Origin: Methanobacterium sp.
Lineage (GTDB): Archaea; Methanobacteriota; Methanobacteria; Methanobacteriales; Methanobacteriaceae
DNA: 36,953 nucleotides
Direction of reading: 5' to 3'
Assembly: GCA_003166335.1 (NCBI GenBank)
Contig: PMWA01000037.1
Span: 8,158-45,110, forward strand
A program made the translations under genes and the position numbers. This document shows positions 8,107-20,784 of the stretch, one piece after another. Numbering within the stretch: position 1 is the first letter of the stretch; every line of letters starts with the position of its first letter. Under the pieces are notes generated by a model. The model worked only from the letters and a program-made list of their open reading frames with translations, did no database searches and was not told the origin of the DNA.

Positions 8107-8868
8107 ATGAATCTAGAAATAATTGGTGTTAGAGGAATATCCCTACTTAAAAAAGGAGACTTTCTCAATGAAATAATTCTTGAATGTCTAATGCGGATGA
8201 ATCAAGAGATTCAGGAAGGGGACGTTTTAGTAATAGCAGAAACTGCTATAGCTAAAACAGAAGGGAAAATCATTGAACTTAACGATATGATTCCTAGTTC
8301 AAATGCCCTAAAACTTGCAGCTAAGACTGGTAAAAAACCAGAGCTCGTTGAAGCAATTCTTCAAGAGTCAAAAGAAATAATCAAGGTAGGACCCAATTTT
8401 ATAATTTCTGAGACTAAACATGGATTTATATGTGCCAATGCCGGGATAGATGAGTCAAATGTTGATTATGGACTGGCCACACCAATTCCCGAAGATCCAG
8501 ATAGAAGTGCTTATCAAATTATGAAAAAACTTAAGGAAGCTACTGGTAAAGATATAGCAGTTATTGTATCTGATACTCAAGGTCGTGCTTTCAGGGAAGG
8601 GGCTATTGGTACTGCAATTGGAGTATCTGGTATGTGTCCTCTTTGGGATAGGAGTGGTGAAAAAGATTTATATGGTAAAGAGCTTAAAACTACCAGTATC
8701 GCTGTAGCAGATGAATTAGCTTCAGCGGCCTCAATTGTAATGGGTCAAGCTAATGAAGGTATACCTGTAGTTCTAATTAGAGGATTGAACTATTTTAAAC
8801 AGCTTAAAAATGATTTTGCTGATATTAAACCTTTAATTAGGCCTAAAAAATATGATGTGTTCCTATAA
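8107..8868 (+). CDS. cofE: Coenzyme F420-0:L-glutamate ligase
   Basis: [46 protein letters not shown]. Confidence 0.95.
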   Translation: MNLEIIGVRGISLLKKGDFLNEIILECLMRMNQEIQEGDVLVIAETAIAKTEGKIIELNDMIPSSNALKLAAKTGKKPELVEAILQESKEIIKVGPNFIISETKHGFICANAGIDESNVDYGLATPIPEDPDRSAYQIMKKLKEATGKDIAVIVSDTQGRAFREGAIGTAIGVSGMCPLWDRSGEKDLYGKELKTTSIAVADELASAASIVMGQANEGIPVVLIRGLNYFKQLKNDFADIKPLIRPKKYDVFL

Positions 8869-8922
8869 ATTCTAATAATTAATTTAAATCAATTGAAATA
8901 ATTCACAAGTAAGTGATATTTT

Positions 8923-9828
8923 ATGATAACTGTATTATCGGGCGGGACTGGAACCCCTAAACTTTTACAGGGTATAGCTCGCCTTATAGATCCTTTAGAC
9001 ATTACAGTAATTGTTAATACCTTGGAGAACTCTTATTTCTCTGGAGTATATGTAACTGCGGATATTGACACTGTAATGTACACATTAGCTGGGATCATTA
9101 ACGATGCAACATGGTATGGTATCGCTGATGATACCTTTATAACCCATGAAACTTTAAATTTGATCGGGTGTGGAGAGCTTCTGAAAATTGGAGATCAAGA
9201 TAGGGCAATAAAGATTCAAAAAACCCTACTTTTGGAGAATTATCCTCTTTCGAGTGTTATTGATATTCAAAGGAAGAATTTAGGCATAAAATCCAGAATA
9301 ATTCCCATGAGTGATCAGAAATCCCATATTAATATCAATACTGATGTTGGCGATTTGGAGTTCCATCAGTTCCTGATTGAGTTGAGAGGCGAGCCAGAGG
9401 TTCTGAGTATAGATTATAATCAAGTTGAACCAGCTCCCGGGGTTATTGAATCGATTGAAAATTCAGATATGGTAATTATAGGTCCATCCAATCCTGTGAC
9501 TTCAGTTGGTCCCATAATATCAACAAAAAATGTCCGTAATGTTCTTAAAAAATCCTATGTAGTAGGTGTATCACCTATAATTGGAGATAAACCTGTAAGT
9601 GGGCCTGCTGGCAAGTTTATGCATGCTTTAGGTTATGAAGTGTCTTCTTGGGGAGTTGCCAACATGTATAAGAATTTTTTGGATAAGTTCTTCATTGATT
9701 TAGAGGATATAGTTCATGAAGGAGAAATAGAAAAACTAATATCAGAGGTTGTTGTAACAAACACCAACATGAAAAACACCGAGGACAAAATGATGTTAGC
9801 CAGAAATATTTTGGGTGAATTTTTATGA
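8923..9828 (+). CDS. cofD: 2-phospho-L-lactate transferase
   Basis: [45 protein letters not shown]. Confidence 0.95.
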   Translation: MITVLSGGTGTPKLLQGIARLIDPLDITVIVNTLENSYFSGVYVTADIDTVMYTLAGIINDATWYGIADDTFITHETLNLIGCGELLKIGDQDRAIKIQKTLLLENYPLSSVIDIQRKNLGIKSRIIPMSDQKSHININTDVGDLEFHQFLIELRGEPEVLSIDYNQVEPAPGVIESIENSDMVIIGPSNPVTSVGPIISTKNVRNVLKKSYVVGVSPIIGDKPVSGPAGKFMHALGYEVSSWGVANMYKNFLDKFFIDLEDIVHEGEIEKLISEVVVTNTNMKNTEDKMMLARNILGEFL

Positions 9829-10592
9829 TTCAGATGACTTTGATTCAAATTGATAATTATGGTCCGTGGACTGTGACTCCTACACCTCGGGCTGAGGCTG
9901 ATCTTCAGATTTTACAGTCAGAACTTTATGCAGATCTGCAGAGACAGTTTGCTGCTAAAGGTGGGTTAGTATTTTTCACCCGTTTTGATAATATGTTAGC
10001 TGTGACTAACGGTGTTGATATGGAGGACCATATTCGTATTCAAAAATCTATTGGAAACCGTTATCCGGTAACTGTGAGTATGGGTGTGGGAGCTGCTGAA
10101 ACTCCTTATGATGCTCAGAGGAAGGCTACTAATGTTTTACAAAATTATGGTGGGGCCCAGTCTGAGGATAGAAAGGAGGTTTTGGCGATAGATAGTATGG
10201 CGAAGCTTGATGAGAGCTTTGTTCAGATAGCTCATATCGATATAAATGGTATCACTGATTCATTAACTGATATAATTCCTGCATATGATACTTCTTTTAT
10301 CGTTAATCGTGTTCAACATTTTCTTATGAAGAAATTGATTGAGAAGGGATCTTTGCTGTTTTTTATTGGTGGTGATAACTTCATGTCTCCTTGTAATGGT
10401 TTAGAACCTCAGGGGCTTTTGAAGATTATTGAAGAAATAGAGGCTGAAATTAACATAGCGCTTAAAGCTGGTGTTGGAAAAGCTCCTACCGCTGAGAAGG
10501 CTGCTAATTTAGCAGATCTTGCCTTGGAGGAGATAAGGGGTGGATTCACCTACGATTTGGTTCATGTTATGAAAAATAATGATATTGATTGA
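9825..10592 (+). CDS. gch3: GTP cyclohydrolase III
   Basis: [39 protein letters not shown] overlap with cofD. Confidence 0.93.
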   Translation: MIQMTLIQIDNYGPWTVTPTPRAEADLQILQSELYADLQRQFAAKGGLVFFTRFDNMLAVTNGVDMEDHIRIQKSIGNRYPVTVSMGVGAAETPYDAQRKATNVLQNYGGAQSEDRKEVLAIDSMAKLDESFVQIAHIDINGITDSLTDIIPAYDTSFIVNRVQHFLMKKLIEKGSLLFFIGGDNFMSPCNGLEPQGLLKIIEEIEAEINIALKAGVGKAPTAEKAANLADLALEEIRGGFTYDLVHVMKNNDID

Positions 10593-10717
10593 TAAATATT
10601 TTTTTGTTGAATTATTTTATCTATAGATACAATAATTTGTTGTAATAACTTAATTAATGTTATTATGATTTTTATTAATCTATTTAAAATTCAAAATTTA
10701 AAACAAGGAGTGTATCT

Positions 10718-11452
10718 ATTGAAGTAATAGCACCTATGGCAGGTATAACTAATGGAAGATTCTGCAGTAAACTAGCCCCTAAAGGTTTTGATATGGTGAC
10801 CATTGGCGGTTACAATGCAGATAAAAAGACTATAAATGCCGGGAATATGATTATCCGAAGAGGTAGAGCCGAATTTAATGTTCCAGAACCAGAGATAATA
10901 AACCATATAAACCAACAAATCAATATAATTAAAGATCAAACAGATTGGAATGGTATAGTATCCGTTAATATCCGCGCCACCACTCCTCAACCAATAATTG
11001 AAATTTCAAAATTGAAAGGTGTAGATGTGGTGGAAATAAATGCTCACTGCCAACAACCTGAGATAGTGGATTTAAAATGTGGACAGGCGTTGCTAATGGA
11101 ACCTAACTTGTTAAATAAATTTACTAAAGAAGTTGTTAAAAAATCTGCAAGTAAGGTTTCAGTGAAAATACGAGCCAACACTCCAAATACTGATATAATC
11201 ACAATTTCTAGAATTGTGGAAGACGCTGGTGCAGATTTTTTACATGTGGATGCTGTGAAACCCGGATATAAAAATGCAGATTACAATGTAATATCTTCTA
11301 TTAAAGATAATACCGACATATTTCTAATTGGAAATAATTCCATAAATAACATCAAATCAGCTCGAAAAATGATTACTGCAGGTGCAGATGGTATATCTAT
11401 GGCACGAAGCCTTAAAAATGGTATAATACCCTTTGATCTATCATTAGTATAA
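10718..11452 (+). CDS. Dus/NifR3-related FMN TIM-barrel protein (MJ0144-like family)
   Basis: APMAGIT, EINAHCQQPE, GQALL, VSVKIR, LHVDA, IGNNSI, SMAR motifs. Start extended from ATG 10736 to ATT 10718 (see findings). Confidence 0.85.
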   Translation: MEVIAPMAGITNGRFCSKLAPKGFDMVTIGGYNADKKTINAGNMIIRRGRAEFNVPEPEIINHINQQINIIKDQTDWNGIVSVNIRATTPQPIIEISKLKGVDVVEINAHCQQPEIVDLKCGQALLMEPNLLNKFTKEVVKKSASKVSVKIRANTPNTDIITISRIVEDAGADFLHVDAVKPGYKNADYNVISSIKDNTDIFLIGNNSINNIKSARKMITAGADGISMARSLKNGIIPFDLSLV

Positions 11453-11626
11453 AATGGAATAAAATTAAAAAAAATGATCCTGTAAAAAAATTATAATAAA
11501 TAGATTAACTAAAAAAAGTTGAATAAAATATAAAGATCAAATTATTATTGAGAAAAGAATCTTATAATTTATCAGTTCAAAACTAATTTGTATTATTGTA
11601 AAGTCAAAATAAAAAGGGTGTGTTTC

Positions 11627-13225
11627 ATGTCTTTTATAGAAATAGAAAATGTCACCAAGACGTTTAAAGGCGTAGATGTTCTGAAAAACATTAACATGAA
11701 CATAGATGAAGGAAGTGTTTTAGGTATTCTAGGAAGAAGCGGTGCTGGAAAATCAGTTTTAATAAATATGATGCGAGGAATGCAAGATTACAAACCAGAT
11801 AAAGGAAAAATTTATTATAACGTAGCTTTATGCCCCGACTGTAGAATTGTAGACGCACCATCACGCGCTGGGAAGGTTTGTAGTATTTGTGGATGTGAAT
11901 TTGAACCGTACAAAGTTGATTTCTGGAATTGTGAACGATTAATCTTCTCAGCCGTAAAAAGAAGAATATCTATAATGCTGCAGAGAACTTTTGCCCTCTA
12001 TGAAGATGATACCGTAATTGATAACGTAATAAAATCCATCACCGGACACGATGAAGATGATAGCACATATATGGCCATAGATCTTATTGACGCAGTCCAA
12101 CTGACTCATCGTATCACACACATCGCAAGAGACCTAAGCGGAGGGGAAAAACAAAGAGTAGTACTAGCAAGACAAATGGCAAAAGAACCCATGCTATTCT
12201 TAGCAGACGAACCCACCGGAACACTAGACCCCAAAACAGCAGAACTAATACACCAAGCACTCCTAGAAGGAGTAAAAGAAAAAGGCACAACCATGGTCAT
12301 CACCTCCCACTGGCCAGAAGTCATGAAAAAACTCTCCGACCACGTAATATGGCTCGAAAAAGGAGAAATCATAGAAGAAGGTAATCCCACAGTAGTAGTG
12401 CAGAAATTCCTAGATCAGGTGCCTCTACCTGAAAAACGGGATGTAATTAAAATCGGCGGCCCCATAATTAAACTGGAAGGAGTAAAAAAATATTATTACT
12501 CCATAGATAGGGGTGTGGTAAAGGCTGTCGATGATGTAAGTTTTGAAGTGGATGAAGGAGAAATATTTGGTGTAGTAGGTTTAAGTGGTGCTGGTAAAAC
12601 CACTCTATCCAGAATACTTTATGGTTTAACCGACCCAAGCAACGGGAGTATAGCTGTTAAACTGGGAGATGACTGGATAGATATGACTCAAAAAGGATTC
12701 ATTGGACGGGGTAGAGTGAAACCTTATCTGGGAATACTTCATCAGGAATATAGTCTTTATCCTCATCGGAATGTGTTGGGGAATCTCACTATAGCTATTA
12801 GTCTAGAACTTCCAGCAGAATTTGCTAAAATGAAAGCTTTATATGTGCTTAAAGCCGTTGGTTTTGATGAAGAATATGCTGATAGTTTATTAACTAAATA
12901 TCCTGATGAGTTAAGTGGCGGAGAGCGTCATCGAGTAGCTTTAGCTCAAGTACTGATAAAAGAACCTAATATTGTAATCTTAGATGAACCTACAGGTACT
13001 ATGGATCCTATAACTCGTGTTCAAGTGACTGATTCCATAAGAAAAGCTCGTGAAGAGCTTAACCAAACTTTCCTAATCATAAGTCATGATATGGATTTCG
13101 TGCTGGACGTCTGCGACCGAGCCGGATTAATGAGAGGGGGAAAAATCTTAAGGATTGGAGAACCTCAAAACATAGTAGATGATTTAACACCCACAGAGAA
13201 AAAGAAGATGTTTACGGAGGAATAG
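11627..13225 (+). CDS. atwA: Methyl-coenzyme M reductase system component A2 (dual ABC ATPase with Cys-rich insert)
   Basis: Two ABC cassettes (GRSGAGKS / LSGGEKQR / ADEPT and GLSGAGKT / LSGGERHR / LDEPT), CPDC...CSIC insert, no TM. Start set at ATG 11627 (GGGTG RBS). Confidence 0.93.
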   Translation: MSFIEIENVTKTFKGVDVLKNINMNIDEGSVLGILGRSGAGKSVLINMMRGMQDYKPDKGKIYYNVALCPDCRIVDAPSRAGKVCSICGCEFEPYKVDFWNCERLIFSAVKRRISIMLQRTFALYEDDTVIDNVIKSITGHDEDDSTYMAIDLIDAVQLTHRITHIARDLSGGEKQRVVLARQMAKEPMLFLADEPTGTLDPKTAELIHQALLEGVKEKGTTMVITSHWPEVMKKLSDHVIWLEKGEIIEEGNPTVVVQKFLDQVPLPEKRDVIKIGGPIIKLEGVKKYYYSIDRGVVKAVDDVSFEVDEGEIFGVVGLSGAGKTTLSRILYGLTDPSNGSIAVKLGDDWIDMTQKGFIGRGRVKPYLGILHQEYSLYPHRNVLGNLTIAISLELPAEFAKMKALYVLKAVGFDEEYADSLLTKYPDELSGGERHRVALAQVLIKEPNIVILDEPTGTMDPITRVQVTDSIRKAREELNQTFLIISHDMDFVLDVCDRAGLMRGGKILRIGEPQNIVDDLTPTEKKKMFTEE

Positions 13226-13226
13226 A

Positions 13227-13703
13227 ATGGAGTGGGAAGATTCACCATCACATGTGTGCAGGGGAGGTGATAAAAGAGCTTTAGCATTTTGTTGTCCACC
13301 AGTAAAACCCTGTCCCATATTATATGCATTGGAAGACGCTAAACTCACACCTCAAGAATATATTAATATAAAAGAAAAATTTGGAGAAAAAACCAGATTA
13401 GGCCACGGTGAAGGAACCTGTTTCGGATCCTTGGTATGGTGCTGCAAACCATCTAAACCATGTCCCTTAAGGGATATGTTAATGAAAAGAATTAATATGA
13501 GTGAAGATGAATACATGCAGCTTAAAAAATTATTATCCGAAGAATTAGTGGGATTATCTCATTCATCCATTAATGAGAGTGTTAAAGCTTTATCAGAGAC
13601 TTTCAAAGTCCCTGAAGAAGAAGCTTATCACGTTCTACAGGAATGTGGTAATGATCTTAAAACAGCTATCAAGATTTTACGAATGAAGAACTTGGAGTTA
13701 TAG
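13227..13703 (+). CDS. Methanogenesis marker domain 9 protein (Cys-rich, predicted metal-binding)
   Basis: [17 protein letters not shown] and WCCKPSKPC repeated motifs, TCFGSL. Confidence 0.9.
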   Translation: MEWEDSPSHVCRGGDKRALAFCCPPVKPCPILYALEDAKLTPQEYINIKEKFGEKTRLGHGEGTCFGSLVWCCKPSKPCPLRDMLMKRINMSEDEYMQLKKLLSEELVGLSHSSINESVKALSETFKVPEEEAYHVLQECGNDLKTAIKILRMKNLEL

Positions 13704-13705
13704 GA

Positions 13706-14332
13706 ATGGGTTGGACCCCCCTCTTCCTAGAAATGAATGATAAAAATGTTTTAATTGTAGGATCCGGAGAAGTCGGGACGAGGAGAGCTATAAGATTCAT
13801 AGAATCCGGCGCTAATGTGATTATATTAGGAAAAATGCTTCCAATAGAATTATTAAAATTAGGAACATGTTTAAAGCCTATAGATGAAGCTCAAGAATGG
13901 ATCAAATGGGCTGATCTTGTGGTAGTGGCCACTGGGGATACACAGTTAAATCAGCGTCTATCAAATCTTGCAGAAGGAAAATTATTGAATAGGGTAGACC
14001 AGCCGGAAAAAGGTGATATTATAGTACCCTCGTCTTTTTTTATAGGAAATGTGCAAATATGTATATTCACTCAAGGTAAAAGTCCTCTAATGTCAAGAGA
14101 GTTAAGAAAAAGAATAGATAAAGTAATAACAGAAGAGGATATTCTCCAAATAGAACTTCAAGATTTTACTCGTAAACTACTAAAAAGTGAAGTAAAAGAC
14201 CAGAAAAATCGAAAATATTATTTAAATCATGTATTAAAGGATGAAAAGATTGAAGAGCTGCTAAAAGAAGGGAAACTAGAAAGCGCCAAAGCATACGTTG
14301 ATAATTTTTTTAAAAAATCCTTTAATCTTTAG
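13706..14332 (+). CDS. sirC: Precorrin-2 dehydrogenase (SirC / CysG N-terminal-like)
   Basis: TPLFL, Rossmann [27 protein letters not shown]; upstream of hemA. Confidence 0.85.
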   Translation: MGWTPLFLEMNDKNVLIVGSGEVGTRRAIRFIESGANVIILGKMLPIELLKLGTCLKPIDEAQEWIKWADLVVVATGDTQLNQRLSNLAEGKLLNRVDQPEKGDIIVPSSFFIGNVQICIFTQGKSPLMSRELRKRIDKVITEEDILQIELQDFTRKLLKSEVKDQKNRKYYLNHVLKDEKIEELLKEGKLESAKAYVDNFFKKSFNL

Positions 14333-14349
14333 TTTTCGGGGTTAATATA

Positions 14350-15552
14350 ATGATTCTGAATGTAAGAGTGGATCATCAGACTGCAGATATAGCTCAGATA
14401 GAAAGATCAACCCAAGAATTAGATATTATTTCCCAAGAAATCCAGGGGAAATGTGGTATCCACGAGTATCTTTACTTAAAGACATGTAACCGAGCAGAAG
14501 TTTATCTGATTTCAGACCAGCTAAAAGAAGATGATTTATCATTGGATCTATCTAATTTCGCGGTTGAAACAGATAAAGATGCATTAAGGCATCTTTTAAG
14601 GCTAGCATCAGGATTAGAGTCTATGATAATAGGTGAAGACCAAATACTCGGACAAATAAAAGACGCCAGAAAAAAAGGTCTTAAAGAGGAGTGTATGGGG
14701 CCTATTTTAAAAACTATTTTTACTAAAGCAGTTCATGTGGGCCAAGTGGTTAGGAAAAAAACGCACATAAATCAGGGATCAATATCCATTGGAACTGCAG
14801 CTGTAAAGCTCGCTGAATCTGTACATGGTGATTTGAAATGTAAAAAAGTGTTGGTTATTGGTGCAGGTAAAATGGGCACTCTGGTTGCTAAGGCTCTGGT
14901 GGAGAAGAAACTCAAAGCAATAGTTGTGGCTAATCGTACTTATAATAGTGCTGTTAGATTAGCCTGTGAATTAAATGGATATGCTATTCACTTCGACAGG
15001 TTACATGAAGCCATGCGGGATGCTGATGTGGTTATAAGCGCAACTGGAGCACCCCATCACATATTAACATGTAAAGATGTGGAAGAATCAGTTCCTGCTG
15101 AGAATCTTTCCCAGCTGGTGATGGTAGATATTGCCAATCCAAGGGATATAGATGAAAATGTTAGAGGATTAGGTGTTAAACTATTCAATATAGATGATTT
15201 AAGGTTTATAGCCGATGAAAATCTTAAAATGAGGGAATCAGAGGTTTCTGAAGCGGAAAAAATCGTAGAGAATGAACTGGAACTTTTGGAAAAATCATTA
15301 AAACATCTGGAAGTTGAGCCCATAATAGCTCACATACGGGCTAGTGCTGAAGAAATAAGGCGAAAAGAAATCATAAAAGCGTTGAAAATGTTGGGTGACC
15401 TTAATGGTAAGGAGAAGATTGTTGATGATTTGACTCAAGTAGTGGTAGACCATGTCTTCTGTGATATAATTAAAAATATAAGGAATGCTGCTGAAAAAGA
15501 CGACATCATAGTTATGAAAGCCGTTGAAACTATTTTCTTAGAAAAAAAATAA
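14350..15552 (+). CDS. hemA: Glutamyl-tRNA reductase
   Basis: [42 protein letters not shown]. Confidence 0.96.
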   Translation: MILNVRVDHQTADIAQIERSTQELDIISQEIQGKCGIHEYLYLKTCNRAEVYLISDQLKEDDLSLDLSNFAVETDKDALRHLLRLASGLESMIIGEDQILGQIKDARKKGLKEECMGPILKTIFTKAVHVGQVVRKKTHINQGSISIGTAAVKLAESVHGDLKCKKVLVIGAGKMGTLVAKALVEKKLKAIVVANRTYNSAVRLACELNGYAIHFDRLHEAMRDADVVISATGAPHHILTCKDVEESVPAENLSQLVMVDIANPRDIDENVRGLGVKLFNIDDLRFIADENLKMRESEVSEAEKIVENELELLEKSLKHLEVEPIIAHIRASAEEIRRKEIIKALKMLGDLNGKEKIVDDLTQVVVDHVFCDIIKNIRNAAEKDDIIVMKAVETIFLEKK

Positions 15553-15745
15553 AGATTATGTGTAATGTTAATAAATTATAAATTAATAATGTCTAAATTC
15601 ATTAATACCAAAGCTTGATAATTAAGAACTATTGACTTTTCTATGATAATTAAAATCTTTTGAATTTTTTATGAATTGATTTAAGAATTAGATTTAATAT
15701 TTTAATAGAATTTCAGAAAAAAAGAAAAAAAATAGTAAATTTAAT

Positions 15746-16867
15746 CTAAGCAAACATTCCTTTAGGCTGGTCGTTGTCCTTTTTGAATTGTTTTAATGCA
15801 TATTTAATTTGATCCCATGTTATTAATTCTCCATTCTCATATATGGCCTTATGTAAAGCTACTTTTAAAACACGATCTTTAATATCCCTTCCGGACATTC
15901 CTTTCGTATAATTGACCAATTTTTTAAGGTCAAATTCAATTGGAATGGGTAATGATTTCACGTAAAGCTCAATAATAGCTGATCTATCCTCATCGTTAGG
16001 TAATGTGAATTCTATTTCCTCTTCAAATCTACTTTTTATAGCGAAATCTAGGAGATGAGGATTATTAGTGGCCCCTATAGTAACCACTCCTTTATTATAG
16101 TCTATTCCATCCATTTCAGTGAGTAAAGCATTAACAACTTCAGATACGTCTCCTCTAAGCGATTGGTATTTTCTATCAAGACCGATGGCGTCAATTTCAT
16201 CTATAAATATCACTGAAGGGGCTGTGATTGATGCTGCTTCAAATAATTCGTGTATTTGTCGAGCTCCATCCCCCACATGCTCACCTATCAAGCTAGTAGC
16301 TTTTATGAGGAATAATGGCACATTAAGCTCATTAGATAATGATTTAGCCAGCATGGTCTTTCCAGTTCCAGGTGTGCCGTGAAATAACACATTACGGGGA
16401 GCCCATTCACCGAAGTGTGATGGATCTTGCAGGTACTTCATAATGATCTTACATTTAGTTTTAGCCCGTTCCTGTCCAATTACATCCTCCATTTTAATAT
16501 TGCTATCCAGTCTCCTGATTTCTTTAGATTCTTCTATTTCCATTAGTATAATGGAAGTTTGTACAGTTATTTCAGAGTTATCTGGATGCGCTTTTATTAT
16601 CTTGAAGGCGTAATCTGGTAATAATTTCTGATCAAAAATAAATGAACCCTCATTTACTGTGAATCCTTCCCATTGCTCTCGGGCATAGAGTTCAAAAAGT
16701 TCTTTATTGAATATTTCTATTCTAGGGTTCTCCACCAAGTTACACAGGAAAGGATAACCAATAGGTTGAAGTACAACTAGTTTAGCTTCTTTTTTAGGTT
16801 TTTCCGGGACTCTTGATGTCTTTTTATCTGATATAATTGGATCAGAGATTATATTGTTAAATTTCAC
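15746..16867 (-). CDS. AAA+ ATPase (archaeal COG1223-type)
   Basis: Walker A GTPGTGKT, pore loop HVGDG, Walker [30 protein letters not shown] start after GGTGA RBS. Confidence 0.9.
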   Translation of the reverse strand: MKFNNIISDPIISDKKTSRVPEKPKKEAKLVVLQPIGYPFLCNLVENPRIEIFNKELFELYAREQWEGFTVNEGSFIFDQKLLPDYAFKIIKAHPDNSEITVQTSIILMEIEESKEIRRLDSNIKMEDVIGQERAKTKCKIIMKYLQDPSHFGEWAPRNVLFHGTPGTGKTMLAKSLSNELNVPLFLIKATSLIGEHVGDGARQIHELFEAASITAPSVIFIDEIDAIGLDRKYQSLRGDVSEVVNALLTEMDGIDYNKGVVTIGATNNPHLLDFAIKSRFEEEIEFTLPNDEDRSAIIELYVKSLPIPIEFDLKKLVNYTKGMSGRDIKDRVLKVALHKAIYENGELITWDQIKYALKQFKKDNDQPKGMFA

Positions 16868-16992
16868 TAAGTAATCACCACTAATAATTTTTTAATCATA
16901 AACATATATACTTTGGGCCTAAAAACAACACAACAAAAAATTTGATAAATAATGTTAACATGAATAAAAAAAAAATAATATAAATTTATTCA

Positions 16993-17841
16993 TTAATTTT
17001 TCAAAATATTATTGTAAGCCTTCTGCATTAATAGAGCATCCTCATCTAATCGAGGAGTTTCACAGATTACAGTTACATTCCAGCCTCTTTCTGCAATTTC
17101 CTCAAGAAGTGGTTCCAGTGGAGGCCCATAACTATACTCAAAAAGAGCATGATGTCTTCTCTCACCTTTATCCGTGAATTCTATGTTCGTGAAGTGACTA
17201 TGCAGTGATTTTAAACCTAAACCCTCTTCTAATTTCTCAAATATTATCCCATAATCTTCTTTACTTTTTATTCCACCACCTGATCTGGCATGTAAATGTG
17301 CAAAGTCTATTGTAGGGGTAAAGTTTTCATGTGTCCGGCATATCTCTATAATCTCCTCTAAACTACCAAGCTGTGATTTTTTACCCGTAGTCTCAGGTGC
17401 GAAGGTATAATTAGAAACACCCATGGACTCTAATTTCTCATTTAAAACATTAATTGCACTATGAAGCTTCATCATTGCTTCAGTGGGAGTATATTTAGTA
17501 TAAAATCCCGGATGAAAGACTATCCTGTATGCATTCATCCATTCGGCAGCCTTTGCTGATTGAATTAATCTTTGGATGGATCTTTCAATTACATCATCCT
17601 TATTCGATGATAAATTGATATAGTACGGGGCATGCATAGAAATAATTACATCATTTTTTTTAGAGTTCTTTTTAAGCTTTAAAGCTGATTGTTTAGAAAT
17701 ACGCACACCATATGTTGCCTGATATTCATATGCATCTAATCCTTTTTTACGTATATAATTACAAACACTTACAGTTTCACCCCTATATCCTAAAGGATTT
17801 CCTGCAGGGCCGAATCTCACATTAGATGTCAATTTAACCAC
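16993..17841 (-). CDS. nfo: Endonuclease IV-family AP endonuclease
   Basis: [37 protein letters not shown] metal-ligand pattern. Confidence 0.88.
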   Translation of the reverse strand: MVKLTSNVRFGPAGNPLGYRGETVSVCNYIRKKGLDAYEYQATYGVRISKQSALKLKKNSKKNDVIISMHAPYYINLSSNKDDVIERSIQRLIQSAKAAEWMNAYRIVFHPGFYTKYTPTEAMMKLHSAINVLNEKLESMGVSNYTFAPETTGKKSQLGSLEEIIEICRTHENFTPTIDFAHLHARSGGGIKSKEDYGIIFEKLEEGLGLKSLHSHFTNIEFTDKGERRHHALFEYSYGPPLEPLLEEIAERGWNVTVICETPRLDEDALLMQKAYNNILKN

Positions 17842-17930
17842 GTTATTATGTTCAAATCGAACGAAATTGAAATAGTAAAAAATTTATTTTAAAATTAATT
17901 ATTAACATTAATAAACTTAAAGAATTTTTT

Positions 17931-18848
17931 TTATTTCCTTATTTGGATATCTTGATATGCAGATAAAGCAGCTACAGCCCCTTCAGAACATGCAATCAAC
18001 CACTGATTGTTTCCAATCGTTACGTCACCAGCTGCATAAACACGTGGAAGGTTCGTTCTTTGACCTTTATCTGTAATTATATATCCACCATGTTCATCAA
18101 TTTCTACCCCCATATCCCGGGCCAACTGAGTGGAGGGTATTTCACCAACAGCTACGAATACACCATCTGTAACAACTTCCTCTTTTTTTCCTGTTTTATT
18201 ATTATATAAAACAGCGCTTTGAACCAATTGATCACCTTTAATCTCCTTCAACTCAGAATTCCATATAAGAGGTATATCCTTATCTTCTAAAAGCTTCTGC
18301 AAATAAATTTCCGCCCTAAGTTCGTTTCTACGGTGAACCATAGCTACTAAAACTCCGATACTATCCAGATATATCGCCTGCTGCGCTGCGCTATTACCCC
18401 CACCCACGACGAGTACTCTTCGACCTACAAATAATGGGCCATCACAAGTAGCGCAGTAAGAAACTCCCCGTCCTAAGAATTCAGCTTCACCCGGAACATT
18501 AAGAAATCTATGCTTACTACCTGTAGCTAATATAACGGATTTAGACATGTAATTCCCCTTAGTGGTGGATACTCTCAATAGCTCTTCGTTATATTCCACC
18601 TTCTGCACTTCCTCCAATTCTTTTATTTCAGCATGTTTCATAGTTTGAGTTTTCATAAGTTCTATCAATTTTCTCCCAGATATCATATCAAAACCTGGAT
18701 AGTTTTCCATGAGCGGCACCATCAATCCAGTTCCACCTACTAATGCCTTCTCTAAAACCAGAGTCTTGAAGTTCTGTCTGCCGGAATAAATAGCTGCTGT
18801 TAATCCCGCAGGTCCTGAGCCAATTATCACCATGTCATAATTATCCAT
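17931..18848 (-). CDS. trxB: Thioredoxin-disulfide reductase
   Basis: [34 protein letters not shown]. Confidence 0.93.
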   Translation of the reverse strand: MDNYDMVIIGSGPAGLTAAIYSGRQNFKTLVLEKALVGGTGLMVPLMENYPGFDMISGRKLIELMKTQTMKHAEIKELEEVQKVEYNEELLRVSTTKGNYMSKSVILATGSKHRFLNVPGEAEFLGRGVSYCATCDGPLFVGRRVLVVGGGNSAAQQAIYLDSIGVLVAMVHRRNELRAEIYLQKLLEDKDIPLIWNSELKEIKGDQLVQSAVLYNNKTGKKEEVVTDGVFVAVGEIPSTQLARDMGVEIDEHGGYIITDKGQRTNLPRVYAAGDVTIGNNQWLIACSEGAVAALSAYQDIQIRK

Positions 18849-18879
18849 ACTCGATCAATCCTTTAATCTAATTCGTTAT

Positions 18880-20760
18880 TTAGTCTATCAACTTAATTAA
18901 TTTATCTTTTAAAAGTTTATTAACTAATTTACCATCAGCTTTCCCCTTAAGAGACTTCATAACCATCCCCATCAACGGTCCCATAGCAGCCATTCCCCTC
19001 TGCATAATAATATCATTATTTAAGGAGATAATATCATCAATAATCGTCTCTACTTCCTCATTTGACAGTTTTTCCAACCCTTCCTTTTTAACCGCTTCAC
19101 GGACCGAATATCCATTTTTAGCCACACTTCGCAATACTGCAGTGATGGAAGCTGTCGGGATCTTATTTTCATTAATGTAAGAGAAAACTTTTTCTAAAAC
19201 CTTTAAATCCAATGAATCAACATTTAATCCCTCTCTTTTAAGTTCTTTGATAGTGTAAGCTAGAGTTGATGCGATTATTGGTGAATCTAAATTATATATC
19301 GCATCAAGTTTTTCAAAATCATCTACTTTATCATTTTTAACCAGCTGCGTGGCCAAATCTTCGCTCAATCCATGTTTAACAATTATACGATTCCGTTTTT
19401 CACTAGGAAGTTCAGGAAGATTGTTTTCTATTTGCTCTAGATACTTACGAGATATGCTAATAGTAGGTATATCTGTTTCAACGTACATTCTACTGGCAGT
19501 AGGCAGTGGTCGTAGATATTCTGAGCTCCCATTATCCAACGCCTTTCTAGTTTCTTCAGGAATATATCTAAAGGCTGTTTTTGATCTTCTTTGAACTTCT
19601 ATGAGAGCATTTCTGGCTTTTTTTTCATCCTTATCTGCCACCATAATGAAAGCATCACCTTTTAATGCCTTAATAATTTTATTTACAGCTTCAACTTCTT
19701 CCCGCGTTATTCCGTATGAGGACAGCTCGTCGGTGTGGAATATGCCCGATACACCCATTTTTTTAGCGTATCCTGCAAGTTCTGTTCCGAATCTTCGGTC
19801 AGGCTGGATAATCCTTCCAATTAAGCCTGCGAATCCATTGAGTTTAATAGCCAGAACACTACCTCCTTTGGATAATGCCTTAGACATTATCTTTGACTCA
19901 GTATCTTTAAAGACAGCTCCCACATCAAATATTTCATTATCAATACTTGCATCTCTTTTTTGGAGCTCATCTTTAATTTCAAGAAGATTTATCTGTCTTT
20001 TAACCTCATTTTCAACCATTTTAGGCATTAAATCCAGATCTTGAACTCCTTTAATCTCTACTCGAGCACCATCACTGATGGATATATTTAAATCCTGGCG
20101 TATAGTTCCGAGTCCCCGCTTGACTTTAGTGCTTCGCAGTATCTGACCTATTTGATATGCCACTTCCTTAACTTGCTGAGGGTTATGGATACTAGGATCA
20201 GTTGTTATCTCCACTAAAGGTATTCCTAATCTATCTAACCTGAAATTAGTTTTTCCTTTCTCTTCATGCATTCTTCTGGCTGCGTCTTCCTCTAAGCATA
20301 AATTCTCTATAAATACTTTTCCATAGTCTGTTTCCAGATAACCATTAGTAGCTACTAATCCCGTCCTTTGAAACCCTCCAGTATTACTTCCATCTATAAC
20401 CTGTTTTCTCATAACGTGAAATTCATCTACAATCTGCATGTTAACTAACGAAGCAATTATAAGAGATATTTCCAGAGCTTCTAGGTTTAAGGGTTGTGGC
20501 GGTTCTTCATCAGCTTCAACTAGGCAAGTGTGTTGATCATAGGATTCATAGATAAATTGAAGTTTGCGTCGGGATTCTTCAAATGCTGCCCGGTCGATTT
20601 TACCCAACTCGCTTTGAGTGGGTCTTAAATACCTTAAAATCTTAAGTTGTGGTTTTTTATCAGTGAGACTATTTTCACATGGACAAAACAGTTTTTCATT
20701 CGTGTTAAGCTGCTGGTGTATCTCTAAACCCATTTTAAGACCTAATTTCTCATAATCCAT
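18880..20760 (-). CDS. gatE: Glu-tRNA(Gln) amidotransferase subunit E
   Basis: [57 protein letters not shown]. Confidence 0.97.
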   Translation of the reverse strand: MDYEKLGLKMGLEIHQQLNTNEKLFCPCENSLTDKKPQLKILRYLRPTQSELGKIDRAAFEESRRKLQFIYESYDQHTCLVEADEEPPQPLNLEALEISLIIASLVNMQIVDEFHVMRKQVIDGSNTGGFQRTGLVATNGYLETDYGKVFIENLCLEEDAARRMHEEKGKTNFRLDRLGIPLVEITTDPSIHNPQQVKEVAYQIGQILRSTKVKRGLGTIRQDLNISISDGARVEIKGVQDLDLMPKMVENEVKRQINLLEIKDELQKRDASIDNEIFDVGAVFKDTESKIMSKALSKGGSVLAIKLNGFAGLIGRIIQPDRRFGTELAGYAKKMGVSGIFHTDELSSYGITREEVEAVNKIIKALKGDAFIMVADKDEKKARNALIEVQRRSKTAFRYIPEETRKALDNGSSEYLRPLPTASRMYVETDIPTISISRKYLEQIENNLPELPSEKRNRIIVKHGLSEDLATQLVKNDKVDDFEKLDAIYNLDSPIIASTLAYTIKELKREGLNVDSLDLKVLEKVFSYINENKIPTASITAVLRSVAKNGYSVREAVKKEGLEKLSNEEVETIIDDIISLNNDIIMQRGMAAMGPLMGMVMKSLKGKADGKLVNKLLKDKLIKLID

Positions 20761-20784
20761 TAAAAATCACCTATTAATAAAATA

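Noticed and set aside
15746..17841. AAA ATPase + nuclease pair as a defence system
   Set aside because: Both are typical conserved archaeal housekeeping families (COG1223-type AAA, endonuclease IV) in a core-gene context.
17931..18848. Possible F420-dependent thioredoxin reductase
   Set aside because: Retains the GGGNSA and HRR motifs of NADPH-type enzymes.
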